Assembly: GCA_029288775.1 (NCBI GenBank)
Contig: JARIGQ010000004.1
Location: 3,303-67,302 of the forward strand
Source: Candidatus Nomurabacteria bacterium
Lineage (GTDB): Bacteria > Patescibacteriota > Minisyncoccia > Phycocordibacterales > UBA5272
Length of the DNA: 64,000 nt
Direction of reading: 5' to 3'
The notes beneath the pieces are model-generated. The model was not told the DNA's origin. It saw only the letters and a list, made by a program, of their open reading frames with translations, and ran no database searches. The position numbers were made by a program, and so were the translations under genes. Shown piece by piece: positions 1-9,145 of this stretch (within the stretch, counting starts at the first letter, position 1; every line of letters begins with the position of its first letter).

Positions 1-76
1 CAGTGGCTTTCTTCTTCAGGGTGTGATGCCTTAAGTGAGGTGGCGTAGAACGAATTTTTATTGTACAATATATACC

Positions 77-1291
77 ATGAAAAGGCAAGACCTCGAAAAG
101 GTTGGTCTTCCCGATAATCCTGGCGTTTATTTTTTCCGCGACAGTGACGGGAATATCCTCTATATAGGAAAAGCGACCTCGCTTCGTGATCGCGTGCGAA
201 GCTATTTTAATCCCGACCTCATGAAGGCTCGGGGACTTCGTCTTGTGTCTATGGTGACTGCTGCCGATACGGTGACCTTCCAAAGCACGAATTCCGTACT
301 TGAGGCACTTCTTCTAGAAAGCAGGCTTATTAAGGAACATACCCCGCCGTATAATGCGCGGGAGAAGGATAACAAGAGCTTTACCTGTGTAGTCATTACC
401 AAGGAGGAATTTCCTCGCGTACTTATCATGCGCATTCGCGATTTTGAGAAGCGTTTTGATAAAAAGGATATACAAAAAGTGTATGGTCCATTTGCTTCTT
501 TACGTCAGTTGCGAGAAGCAATGAAGATTATTCGGCGCATGTTCCCGTATCATGATAAATGCGAAGCCGGTCAAGGGAAGCCATGTTTTAATGCTCAACT
601 CAAGCTCTGTCCAGGGGTGTGCACCGGGTTGGTTACCAAGGAAGAATATAAAAGACATATCGATAATATTCGAAAGCTCTTTGAGGGAAAAAGGACAGAA
701 TTAAAGAAAGATCTCGAGCAGCAAATGAAGGAGTTTGCAAAAAAGCAGGAATTTGAAAAGGCTGCCCAGGTACGTAATACGCTTTTCGCTTTGGACCACA
801 TAAAAGACATCAATCTCATTCAAGATGAGGAAATATTGTCTTTTAAGGACGCCGCTTTTCGCATCGAAGCCTATGACGTAGCCCATATTTCTGGCTCTGA
901 TCGGGTAGGGGTGATGACGGTCATTGAAGGGAAGGAGAAGTGCAAGGAGAGCTATCGCCGCTTTAAGCTTCCTGAAAAGACCAATGATGATTATGAAGGA
1001 CTACGTGAAATCATGCTCCGCCGATTTAATCACAAGGAATGGCGCTATCCAGATTTGATTGTTATTGATGGAGGCAAGGCGCACAAGGATACCGCCCAGC
1101 GGGTACTCGCGATGCTTGGTCTTTCCATTCCGATTGTTTCCGTGGTCAAAGATGAGAGACATAAGCCAAAGGACATCCTGGGAGATAAAGTCCATGTGGA
1201 TAACCATAAAAAGGAAATACTTTTAGCAAATGCTGAAGCCCACAGATTCGCAATCGGTTACCATAAAGTCTTGCGCAATAAGGTTGTTTAA
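77..1291 (+). CDS. uvrC: Excinuclease ABC subunit C (UvrC), naturally short form lacking the C-terminal (HhH)2 domain
   Basis: N-terminal GIY-YIG motif (GVYFFRD..GNILYIGKATSLRDRVRSYF), Cys-rich/UVR segment (CPGVCTG, KKDLEQQMKEFAKKQEFEKAAQVRN), and the RNase H-like endonuclease region (IDGGKAH...AEAHRFAIGYHKVLRNK). The ORF track starts at GTG 35; the internal ATG at 77 (MKRQDLEKV) fits the UvrC N-terminus better. Confidence 0.8.
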   Translation: MKRQDLEKVGLPDNPGVYFFRDSDGNILYIGKATSLRDRVRSYFNPDLMKARGLRLVSMVTAADTVTFQSTNSVLEALLLESRLIKEHTPPYNAREKDNKSFTCVVITKEEFPRVLIMRIRDFEKRFDKKDIQKVYGPFASLRQLREAMKIIRRMFPYHDKCEAGQGKPCFNAQLKLCPGVCTGLVTKEEYKRHIDNIRKLFEGKRTELKKDLEQQMKEFAKKQEFEKAAQVRNTLFALDHIKDINLIQDEEILSFKDAAFRIEAYDVAHISGSDRVGVMTVIEGKEKCKESYRRFKLPEKTNDDYEGLREIMLRRFNHKEWRYPDLIVIDGGKAHKDTAQRVLAMLGLSIPIVSVVKDERHKPKDILGDKVHVDNHKKEILLANAEAHRFAIGYHKVLRNKVV

Positions 1292-1416
1292 GAACATGCG
1301 TTCTAGCGTGTCAATACTAACTCTTGACATGCCCTGAGGGACAAAAAGCATGGCTTTTACTTCTCTCCTCTGTACAATCTAAGTATTACCAAATAATACC
1401 TATTTTCAGAGCGTGT

Positions 1417-4389
1417 ATGGCTATTCTACAAACAATTAAGAAGCGTAATGGTGAGTTCGTCCCATTTGACGAAGCGAAGATCGAGCGGGCAATCAAGAAG
1501 GCATTTCTCAGTGTGCTTCGTGATGAAAAGCCGGCGGTAGCTCGCCATATCATGGAGCTTGTAACCAAGGAGCTCGAACTAGAAGCCATCACGCGCGATG
1601 GGTATGTGCCGACGGTGGAACACACCCAGGACCTTGTAGAGAAGCACATTATGGCAGCGGGCTTCTTTGACGTTGCTAAGCACTACATCATCTACCGTTT
1701 CGAGCATCAGAAGATTCGTGACGAAAAGAAGCAGGAAATGCTCGAAAAGGTAGAGGAGGGAGGGCTCATGATTGTGAAGCGCGATGGACGCTCTGAACGC
1801 TTCGATATCGCTAAAGTCCGTGCATCGCTCATGCATGTTGTGAAAGGGTATGAAAAGGAAATCAACGTTGAGCAGATTTTGAATCAGGTGAAGCTTGAGG
1901 TGTATGAAGGCATGCCAACTCGCGACATCCGAAAAGCCCTCGTGATGACGGTACGTGCCATGATCGAGCAAGATCCAGCGTACTCATATGTTGCATCCCG
2001 CATGGTACTTCATTCTATTAATGAAGACTTGATGGGCGAAGCTCTCGACTATACAAAGGTAGACGAACAGTACAAGCAGATGTTTGTGAATGGTATTGAA
2101 AAGGGATTGGAACGTGGGCTTTTGGATGAGCGCATGAGAAGCTTTGATGTAGCAAAGCTTGCAGAATCACTTGTTCGTGAACGAGATCATCTTCTTATGT
2201 ATCTTGGAACGCAGACGCTCTATGAGCGCTATCTTGTGCGCGATGCGGAAGGTGATGGAAACATTATTGAACACATTCAAGGATTTTGGATGCGTGTGGC
2301 TATGGGTATTGCCCTTGGAGAAAAGGAAAGTGATCGCACAGCTCGTGCTGTCGAGTTCTATGAGGCAATGTCTCAGCTTCGCTTTGTCCCTTCATCACCA
2401 ACGCTTTTCCACTCTGGAACCAAGCATCCTCAGCTCTCATCTTGTTACCTCAATACAGTAGGGGATTCACTCGAATCCATCTTTAAGGTGTACGCGGATA
2501 ATGCTCAGCTTTCTAAGTGGGCAGGAGGTATCGGTACGGACTGGACAACGGTACGTGCTTCAGGTTCTCTTGTAAAGCGCTCAGGTATCAAGTCAAACGG
2601 TATTGTGCCATTCCTTAAGATTGCCAACGACGTAACCGTTGCTATCAATCGCTCAGGTCGTCGTCGAGGGGCAACATGTGTGTATCTTGAGAATTGGCAC
2701 TATGATGTGGAAGAATTTCTCGAGCTTCGCAAGAATACGGGTGATGAACGTCGTCGTACGCATGACATGGATACTGCACTTTGGATTTCGGATCTCTTCA
2801 TGAAGCGTGCACGTGATGATGGTGAATGGTCACTCTTTTCTCCTGATGAAGTGCTGGAACTTCACGAAACCTACGGCAAGAAATTCGAAGAACACTATGC
2901 GCGCTATGAGCAGCTCGGTAAGGAAGGCAAGCTTCGCGTATATAAGAGTATGAAGGCGCGCGAGCTATGGAGGAAGATGGTGACAATGCTCTATGAAACT
3001 GGTCACCCATGGATTACATGGAAGGATCCTTCAAACATTCGTTCACCGCAGGATCATGCCGGCGTGGTACACAATTCAAACCTCTGTACAGAAATTACGC
3101 TTAACAACTCAGAAGAGGAAACGGCAGTGTGCAATTTGGGTTCGCTCAACTATCAGCGTCTCGTTCGTGATGGCAAGTTTGATGTGGATCTCGTTGCCGC
3201 AACGACTCGTACCGCTATTCGCATGCTTGATAATGTGATTGATGTAAATTATTACCCAACAATCGAGGCCAAGACATCGAATCTCCGTCATCGACCAATC
3301 GGCATGGGTATTATGGGCTTCCACGACGCGCTCTATATGATGAATATCAACTTCGACTCGGATCAGGCGGTACAGTTTGCTGATGAGTCTATGGAGCTTA
3401 TCTCGTATCATGCCATTCTTTCATCAGCAGAACTTGCTCGTGAGCGAGGTGCATACTCAAGCTTTAAGGGTTCCAAGTGGGATCGCGGTATTTTCCCGGT
3501 AGATACGCTAGCGCTTGTTGAGGCTGAGCGTGGTGTTGAGCTTCCAGTTTCCAAGACCGGACGCCTTGATTGGACACCAGTGCGCGAAGCAGTGAAGCAA
3601 TTTGGTATGCGCAATTCAAATACCATGGCTATGGCGCCAACAGCAACTATCTCTAACATTGCCGGATGCGTACCGACTATTGAGCCTATCTACAAGAACA
3701 TCTACGTGAAGTCCAACATGAATGGTGAATTTATCATCATTAATCCATATCTCGTCGCAGATCTAAAGTCGCTTGGTCTTTGGGATTTTGAAATGATCGG
3801 CCAGCTTAAGTTCCACGATGGTTCCGTTCGCGATATTCCACAAGTACCTGCGCATTTGAAGGATAAGTACAAGGAAGTATTCCAAATCGATCCGTCATGG
3901 CTTATCAAGTCCGCTGCGCATCGCGGTAAGTGGGTGGATATGTCACAGTCCCTTAACATCTACTTTGCAGGATCGTCTGGTCGTGAACTTGCAAACATTT
4001 ACGAGTACGCATGGTCGCTTGGTCTTAAGACTACGTATTACCTTCGTTCGCTTGGTGCATCTCAGGTAGAAAAGGCAACCGTAAGCACTGCTGAATTCGG
4101 TGCAACGAATAAGCGCTCTACAAACACAACCGGAGCAGCTGCACCTACTGGAGAGGCCGTTCCAAGTCCGATGTCCATGGCATCAGCAGTTGCTGTTGCA
4201 ATGTCGACGCCAGTTATGGCAACTCCTGTGCTTGAGCAAGTAGTGTCTATCCCATCTTCAATGCCCGCTATGTCTAGCGTATCTCAAGTAGAATCAGTAC
4301 CCGCATTTAGCATGGGCGAAGCGCCGAAAGTTCAGCCGAAATACAATATTACCGTTATGCCTGGGGCCCATTGCGATGGCTGCGAATAA
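1417..4389 (+). CDS. nrdA: Class I ribonucleotide reductase alpha subunit (NrdA) with two N-terminal ATP-cone domains and a long low-complexity linker before the C-terminal CxxC
   Basis: Two ATP-cones (IKKRNGEFVPFDEAKIERAIKKAF; MIVKRDGRSERFDIAKVRASL), active-site NLCTEI, the radical-transfer YY pair (LKTTYYLRS) and a C-terminal CDGC. The extended ORF begins at 1324; ATG 1417 is chosen by homology. Confidence 0.85.
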   Translation: MAILQTIKKRNGEFVPFDEAKIERAIKKAFLSVLRDEKPAVARHIMELVTKELELEAITRDGYVPTVEHTQDLVEKHIMAAGFFDVAKHYIIYRFEHQKIRDEKKQEMLEKVEEGGLMIVKRDGRSERFDIAKVRASLMHVVKGYEKEINVEQILNQVKLEVYEGMPTRDIRKALVMTVRAMIEQDPAYSYVASRMVLHSINEDLMGEALDYTKVDEQYKQMFVNGIEKGLERGLLDERMRSFDVAKLAESLVRERDHLLMYLGTQTLYERYLVRDAEGDGNIIEHIQGFWMRVAMGIALGEKESDRTARAVEFYEAMSQLRFVPSSPTLFHSGTKHPQLSSCYLNTVGDSLESIFKVYADNAQLSKWAGGIGTDWTTVRASGSLVKRSGIKSNGIVPFLKIANDVTVAINRSGRRRGATCVYLENWHYDVEEFLELRKNTGDERRRTHDMDTALWISDLFMKRARDDGEWSLFSPDEVLELHETYGKKFEEHYARYEQLGKEGKLRVYKSMKARELWRKMVTMLYETGHPWITWKDPSNIRSPQDHAGVVHNSNLCTEITLNNSEEETAVCNLGSLNYQRLVRDGKFDVDLVAATTRTAIRMLDNVIDVNYYPTIEAKTSNLRHRPIGMGIMGFHDALYMMNINFDSDQAVQFADESMELISYHAILSSAELARERGAYSSFKGSKWDRGIFPVDTLALVEAERGVELPVSKTGRLDWTPVREAVKQFGMRNSNTMAMAPTATISNIAGCVPTIEPIYKNIYVKSNMNGEFIIINPYLVADLKSLGLWDFEMIGQLKFHDGSVRDIPQVPAHLKDKYKEVFQIDPSWLIKSAAHRGKWVDMSQSLNIYFAGSSGRELANIYEYAWSLGLKTTYYLRSLGASQVEKATVSTAEFGATNKRSTNTTGAAAPTGEAVPSPMSMASAVAVAMSTPVMATPVLEQVVSIPSSMPAMSSVSQVESVPAFSMGEAPKVQPKYNITVMPGAHCDGCE

Positions 4390-4437
4390 TCTCGCTCTTC
4401 ATTTCCGCTTCTTATTAACTTAGTCTTTTTACACCGT

Positions 4438-5592
4438 ATGCCCCCTTACCAACCACACAATTCACAAGGAACACTTCCAGGAATGCCTCATGTCCCCCAA
4501 GGTCCTTTCATGACCGCCGCTACCGGTCCTATTCCGGTTGGCTATGATCCATCCAAGCCGGTTATTTCGCGCGGGGCTGGACGCGTGGATGTAAATGAAC
4601 GCAAGATCATAAACGGGGGTGGAGCGGATGTAGTGCAGCTATGGCCCATCAAGCACAAGTTTGCATGGGACGCATACAATGTGGGAAATGCCAATCACTG
4701 GTTGCCGACGGAAATTTCCATGCAGCTTGATATTGAGCAGTGGAGAAGTCAGTCAGTGCTTACGGCAGATGAGCGTCATGCGCTTAAGATGGTGCTCGGG
4801 TTCTTTACGACTGCAGACTCCATTGCGGCGAACAATCTTGTGCTTGCCTTCTACAAGCATGTGACGTCACCTGAGACGCGACTATACTTGCTTCGTCAGG
4901 CATACGAAGAAGCGATTCACACGCAAGCCTATCAGTACATCGTGGAATCACTTGGACTTGATGGAACGGAAATCTTCAACATGTATCGCGAAATCGACGC
5001 GATTTACAATAAGGAAGAATTCGTACTTTCTTTCAATCAAGGAATCTTTGATCCCAATTTCAAGACGGGGACATTTGAGGCAGATCAGAAGTTCTTGGAA
5101 AATGTCTGCGTCTTCTCGCTTATTCTTGAAGGCATATTTTTCTATTCATCATTTGCGGTGATGTTTGGATTTCAGCGACAGGGGAAGCTTGTCGGATCTG
5201 CAGAACAGATTCAGTACATCATGCGTGATGAGTCTAATCACATGGACTTCGGTATCAACATGATCAACACCATCAAGCAGGAACAGCCGGAACTCTGGAC
5301 ACCTACATTCGTGGAGCGTATCAAGGCTCTTGTGGACAAGGCGGTGAAGCTTGAGTACCAGTTTGCGGTGGATGTATTCCCGAAGGGAATCTTTGGACTA
5401 AATGCCGAAGGGTTCAAGCAGTACATTGAGTACATTGCAGATCGTCGCCTGATGCGTGTCGGTATTGATGCGGTGTATGGATCAGCAAACCCTTTCCCGT
5501 GGATGAGCGAAGCAGTGGATTTGGCTAAAGAAAAAAACTTCTTCGAAACTCGCGTAACTGAGTATAAAACGGGTGGTACTTTGGAATGGTAA
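4438..5592 (+). CDS. nrdB: Class I ribonucleotide reductase beta subunit (NrdB/R2), eukaryote/Chlamydia-like clade with an N-terminal extension
   Basis: Di-iron ligands and radical Tyr (FFTTADS, EEAIHTQAYQY), ILEGIFFYSSFA, RDESNHMDFGI, and C-terminal EKNFFETRVTEY. Alternative starts are possible at 4483 or 4510. Confidence 0.85.
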   Translation: MPPYQPHNSQGTLPGMPHVPQGPFMTAATGPIPVGYDPSKPVISRGAGRVDVNERKIINGGGADVVQLWPIKHKFAWDAYNVGNANHWLPTEISMQLDIEQWRSQSVLTADERHALKMVLGFFTTADSIAANNLVLAFYKHVTSPETRLYLLRQAYEEAIHTQAYQYIVESLGLDGTEIFNMYREIDAIYNKEEFVLSFNQGIFDPNFKTGTFEADQKFLENVCVFSLILEGIFFYSSFAVMFGFQRQGKLVGSAEQIQYIMRDESNHMDFGINMINTIKQEQPELWTPTFVERIKALVDKAVKLEYQFAVDVFPKGIFGLNAEGFKQYIEYIADRRLMRVGIDAVYGSANPFPWMSEAVDLAKEKNFFETRVTEYKTGGTLEW

Positions 5593-5630
5593 ATCAAAAC
5601 CGCGCCCCTCCGGGCGCGGTTTTGATTTCA
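5591..5630 (+). terminator. Rho-independent terminator after nrdB
   Basis: Perfect 17-bp stem AAATCAAAACCGCGCCC / GGGCGCGGTTTTGATTT with a CTCC loop and a T-rich 3' side, starting directly at the stop codon. Confidence 0.75.
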
Positions 5631-5693
5631 CTGCATCTACTGCATTACTATACTACTTGCTATACTGTGTGTATGTTAAAGGTCTCGCGTTCC

Positions 5694-6647
5694 ATGCCTG
5701 ATATTGCGGTTATTCGCGGAGGAAGAGAGGATTTTTCTTTATCGCTTTCTGAAGGGCAGGAGATACTTAAGTCACTTTCGAAAATCGGCTATAAGCCGCT
5801 GGATGTAATCGTGGATAAAGAGGGGAAATGGACTGCCCAAGGGTTGCCCACTGACGCGCATGCGATCTTTACGCGCGCACATACAATTGTGGATGTAACG
5901 AGAGATCGCAATGCGCCGCATGTTGCACTTGCTAAGAAAATGGGGGTACCACTTTTATTTTCTCCGGCAAACGATGTTCATCTTTCGCGTGAGGATATGT
6001 ATCGACTACTTCGCATGCAGGGATTTAAAGTACCCGATACAACGGTCGTGCGGGCCAAAGCGCCGCTCCAGGATTCACTCTTTCGTGATGTGTGGTCTCG
6101 CTATCACACGCCGCTTATGATTCGTCCACTTGTGAAGCGAAATGATGTAGCCTCCAAGTTGGTCACAAAATATGCTGATTTTGAAAAGATAGTGCGAGAG
6201 TACCATACAAAAGGGGTGGACGTGCATATACTTACGTATCGAAGACTGCCTACGTCATCCTTGATTGTCCTTCCGGATTTTCGCGGAGAAAAGGTATACA
6301 CGCCGGTATGGGTGGAAACGTTTGCAGGAATCAATGAGCTTCCGAATGTGTCTCATCGTATGCAGACGTATCTTCATGCTCCCGAGTTTCGCAAGGAACA
6401 AATGAAAAAGATTGCCACCTCAGTATATGAAGCATTGGAGCTTACAGGTCCCGCAATCATTGATGTCATTTATGATAACAATACGTACAAAGTAGTGAAT
6501 ATAGAAACGTCACCTTCACTTCGACCAGACGGGCGCTTCATGACCTCATTACGATCTACCGGTGTAGACATTGGTCAGTACATACATGAGCACATCAAGC
6601 GCGAAGTAGAAAGTGGTATCAATCCATTGTATGACTTCGCAAGATAG
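5694..6647 (+). CDS. D-alanine--D-alanine ligase-like ATP-grasp protein (divergent)
   Basis: MPDIAVIRGG...E..LSL.SG start typical of Ddl, a central ATP-grasp segment, and C-terminal IDVIYDNNTYKVVNIETSP (Ddl-like ...NE.NT.PG). The extended ORF begins at 5586 with an implausible N-terminus. Confidence 0.55.
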   Translation: MPDIAVIRGGREDFSLSLSEGQEILKSLSKIGYKPLDVIVDKEGKWTAQGLPTDAHAIFTRAHTIVDVTRDRNAPHVALAKKMGVPLLFSPANDVHLSREDMYRLLRMQGFKVPDTTVVRAKAPLQDSLFRDVWSRYHTPLMIRPLVKRNDVASKLVTKYADFEKIVREYHTKGVDVHILTYRRLPTSSLIVLPDFRGEKVYTPVWVETFAGINELPNVSHRMQTYLHAPEFRKEQMKKIATSVYEALELTGPAIIDVIYDNNTYKVVNIETSPSLRPDGRFMTSLRSTGVDIGQYIHEHIKREVESGINPLYDFAR

Positions 6648-6715
6648 GAAGCTTATTGTACTTATTCTAGGTTTACCTATTGTGATAGGTCTTATTATTT
6701 TTCTTTTGAAATAAA

Positions 6716-6759
6716 CATGACCATTAAAGTGGTCATGGGTGGTTCACAGTTTTTTTCGC
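6716..6759 (+). terminator. Candidate hairpin terminator downstream of the ddl-like gene
   Basis: CATGACCA-TTAAAG-TGGTCATG hairpin followed 12 nt later by a T7 run; the geometry is imperfect. Confidence 0.35.
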
Positions 6760-6837
6760 TATACATAGAAAGGACTAGACGGGCTGTATTAAAGTTAATT
6801 TCCTTTAGGTCCAGTTTCTTGAGTACTTTTGGTAATT

Positions 6838-7227
6838 CTAAGTATGTATAAGCGTAAGTCTCCTTAGCTTTCCCTTGAGGTGGAAAAAAATTGGTTCAAC
6901 TGTCATAATACTTACAGGGCATGGGTCAATTATAGATCCACTTGGGCACAATAACCATGAGTGAATAGTTATCTCTCTAATTACTGGCTTATACTCATTT
7001 TTCACTTCTATTTCTACTGTAAAGTGATACCCGTCTGCAACTCGCAACTGTGGTATATGAATAACAAGTGCTCTACAAATGGAGTGACAATTATACAAAA
7101 GATCTTCTCCATAGACCGCTAGTTCGGCATTGTTTTTTATGAGGTTTTCAAGAATAAACCTTCCACGACGATAAAGAATGCAATCTTCTTCAGTTATACC
7201 ATCTCTAAGGCGAGGGTTGTTTAACAT
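6838..7227 (-). CDS. Hypothetical Cys-containing protein in an AT-rich island
   Basis: 129-codon ORF in a markedly AT-rich stretch; no recognisable motifs; a weak AGGA lies 7 nt upstream. Confidence 0.3.
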   Translation of the reverse strand: MLNNPRLRDGITEEDCILYRRGRFILENLIKNNAELAVYGEDLLYNCHSICRALVIHIPQLRVADGYHFTVEIEVKNEYKPVIREITIHSWLLCPSGSIIDPCPVSIMTVEPIFFHLKGKLRRLTLIHT

Positions 7228-7446
7228 ATTTTTCCTAAAGGACTATCTATCTTAACGATACGGGGCATAATGTCCTCTGTCAATGTTTTTGTCCTTTCTT
7301 TAAGTATGTGTAGTAATAAATACATTCAATACTAAGGATATGGTGTTGAATGTTCCTTTAAGGAGTCTTCACACTTAAATTGATGCTATTTTCTTTATAT
7401 TCTCTCCCAACGAATTTGAACGTAAATTATACTCTTGCCTAAAAGA

Positions 7447-7481
7447 GAAAACCGCCCCTCTGGTAAGTATGGCGGTTTTCT
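7447..7481 (-). terminator. Rho-independent terminator downstream of the YegP-like gene
   Basis: AAAACCGCC ... GGCGGTTTT stem with a 14-nt loop and a T-rich tail on the minus strand. Confidence 0.6.
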
Positions 7482-7548
7482 CAGTGTGTTCGTACGATTA
7501 CTCGAACGAAGTGACGTCTTTGTTTGATGCGTTACGGTTGCTTCATGG

Positions 7549-7845
7549 CTACTTTCCAACTTTTTGAGCGGAAGAGTTTGCTTTCGAAGGTTCCGCTTTC
7601 TTGACCGCAGTCCGTTTGAGAGACTGCTTCCCAGTTGTTTTTGAAGCCGCATCTGCTTTTTTATCAGCATCGACAAGCAAAGCTTTTGCAGTCCATTCGG
7701 AAAGCTTCTTTGCCTGCGCGAGCGCTTTTGATTTTGAATCAAACGGAGTTGACTCTGCGATCTTGTCGCCAGTGCGGGAGAGAAGCCGGAATCGATACAA
7801 ACCTTTCTTGTCTTTATAGACTTCAAGGATCGGTGTCTTTGTCAT
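7549..7845 (-). CDS. YegP/DUF1508-domain protein with a basic Lys/Ala-rich tail
   Basis: ILEVYKDKKGLYRFRLLSRTGDKIAESTPFDSKSKALAQA matches the YegP repeat signature (F.iykd..G.yRwrL.a.NGe.ia.Se.Y.sk..a). Confidence 0.7.
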   Translation of the reverse strand: MTKTPILEVYKDKKGLYRFRLLSRTGDKIAESTPFDSKSKALAQAKKLSEWTAKALLVDADKKADAASKTTGKQSLKRTAVKKAEPSKANSSAQKVGK

Positions 7846-7953
7846 CTATAATTCATTTACTTAAATCTGATAAACATGAAACAACTGTCTGAGATATAGT
7901 GTATATCTTCAGCGTGCTATACTCAATAGCAACAAGGGAAGTTATTCACATAT

Positions 7954-8364
7954 ATGGAAAAGAAACTTTCGTACGTAGGGAATATTGGAACGATTGTACA
8001 GAAGAATGACAATTTTCGCGAGGTACTTTTTACCGGGACTAAGTCGCAGCTTGTGGTCATGTCTATTCCAGTCAAAGGGGAGGTGGGAGAAGAAATTCAC
8101 GAGCATGTCGAGCAGACGCTTTATATTATTTCGGGCATCTGTAAGGTGATACTGGATGATGTTGAGCATGTAGTATCCGGTGGAGATGTAGTGGTGGTTA
8201 CTCCTGGAACCAAGCATAATTTCATTAATGTCGGAGAAGATATTGTAAAGATTATTACGACATATTCGCCACCTAATCATATTGATGGTCGAGTACACAC
8301 AACGAAAGAGGACGCAGATAATGATAGCGAAGATGAAGCGATCGGTCATTCCTACACAAGCTAA
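7954..8364 (+). CDS. Cupin-domain protein
   Basis: Two-His cupin motif pattern (GEEIHEHVEQTLYIISG ... GDVVVVTPGTKHNFINVG). Confidence 0.65.
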   Translation: MEKKLSYVGNIGTIVQKNDNFREVLFTGTKSQLVVMSIPVKGEVGEEIHEHVEQTLYIISGICKVILDDVEHVVSGGDVVVVTPGTKHNFINVGEDIVKIITTYSPPNHIDGRVHTTKEDADNDSEDEAIGHSYTS

Positions 8365-9145
8365 AAACGATGCACAGTTTGTAAAGCATATCGTTTCCCA
8401 TTACGAAAAGTATGGGCGTCATGAGCTTGTGTGGCGTACAAAAATCACTCCGTATCGTATCTTGGTAAGCGAAATCATGCTGCAGCAGACGCAGGTATCG
8501 CGCGTACTTCCCAAGTATCAGACATGGATGAAATTGTACCCAACTCTTTTTCGTTTAGGTGAAGCGTCATTTACGGACGTGCTCAAGTTGTGGCAGGGAC
8601 TTGGGTATCAACGTCGCGCAAAGGCACTTCATGAAATCGCAAGGAATGTAAAAGCTCTTCCCAAAAGCTATGCCGAGCTTCTCAAACTAAAGGGTATTGG
8701 TCCTTATACTGCATCAGCAATACTCGCCTTTGCTTACGATGTTTTTCCAGATCATCTTGTAGAAACAAATATTCGCACCGCACTCATTGAAGCATTTCAT
8801 CAAGGGGAAACCAATATACATGATGGCAAGCTCTACGATGATCTCGCTCGCTTGCATAAGCTTGCTTCAGTGCAGAAGCTAGGGGCACGTCATTTTTATT
8901 ACGCGCTCATGGATTATGGGGCATATCTTAAGTCCGAGAAGATTTCTCATAATATAAAAAGCGCACACTATTCGCGTCAGAGTCCTTATATAGGGTCGGT
9001 TCGACAATTGCGAGCAAAGATACTATTTGCAATTGCTCATAAGGAAAAGCTCCCTTCAGACGAACGTGCCCAATCAGTACTCGAGAAGCTTATAGAAGAA
9101 AAGTATATTGTGGAGCGCAAAGGCGGATATGCTATTGTGGAATAG
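8321..9145 (+). CDS. MutY-like HhH-GPD adenine DNA glycosylase lacking Fe-S cysteines and the C-terminal MutT-like domain
   Basis: Strong MutY N-terminal signature (YGRHELVWR..ITPYRILVSEIMLQQTQVSRVLPKY, LWQGLGYQRRAKALHE, LKGIGPYTASAIL). No Cys cluster follows. AAAGAGG lies 9 nt before ATG 8321. Overlaps the cupin 3' end. Confidence 0.7.
   Translation: MIAKMKRSVIPTQAKNDAQFVKHIVSHYEKYGRHELVWRTKITPYRILVSEIMLQQTQVSRVLPKYQTWMKLYPTLFRLGEASFTDVLKLWQGLGYQRRAKALHEIARNVKALPKSYAELLKLKGIGPYTASAILAFAYDVFPDHLVETNIRTALIEAFHQGETNIHDGKLYDDLARLHKLASVQKLGARHFYYALMDYGAYLKSEKISHNIKSAHYSRQSPYIGSVRQLRAKILFAIAHKEKLPSDERAQSVLEKLIEEKYIVERKGGYAIVE

Noticed and set aside
35-76. GTG/extended starts proposed by the ORF track (35, 1324, 5586, 18144, 19027, 42703, 50663, 50674)
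   Set aside because: Homologue N-termini, hydrophobic-segment positions or SD-like motifs support the internal ATG starts used in the feature table. The extensions encode implausible leader peptides.
1292-1416. Possible NrdR box or sigma-70 promoter upstream of nrdA (TTGACA at about 1323, TACAAT at about 1372)
   Set aside because: The hexamer spacing is about 43 bp, far from 17 bp. No 16-bp NrdR palindrome is evident, and no nrdR gene is visible, so the evidence is insufficient.
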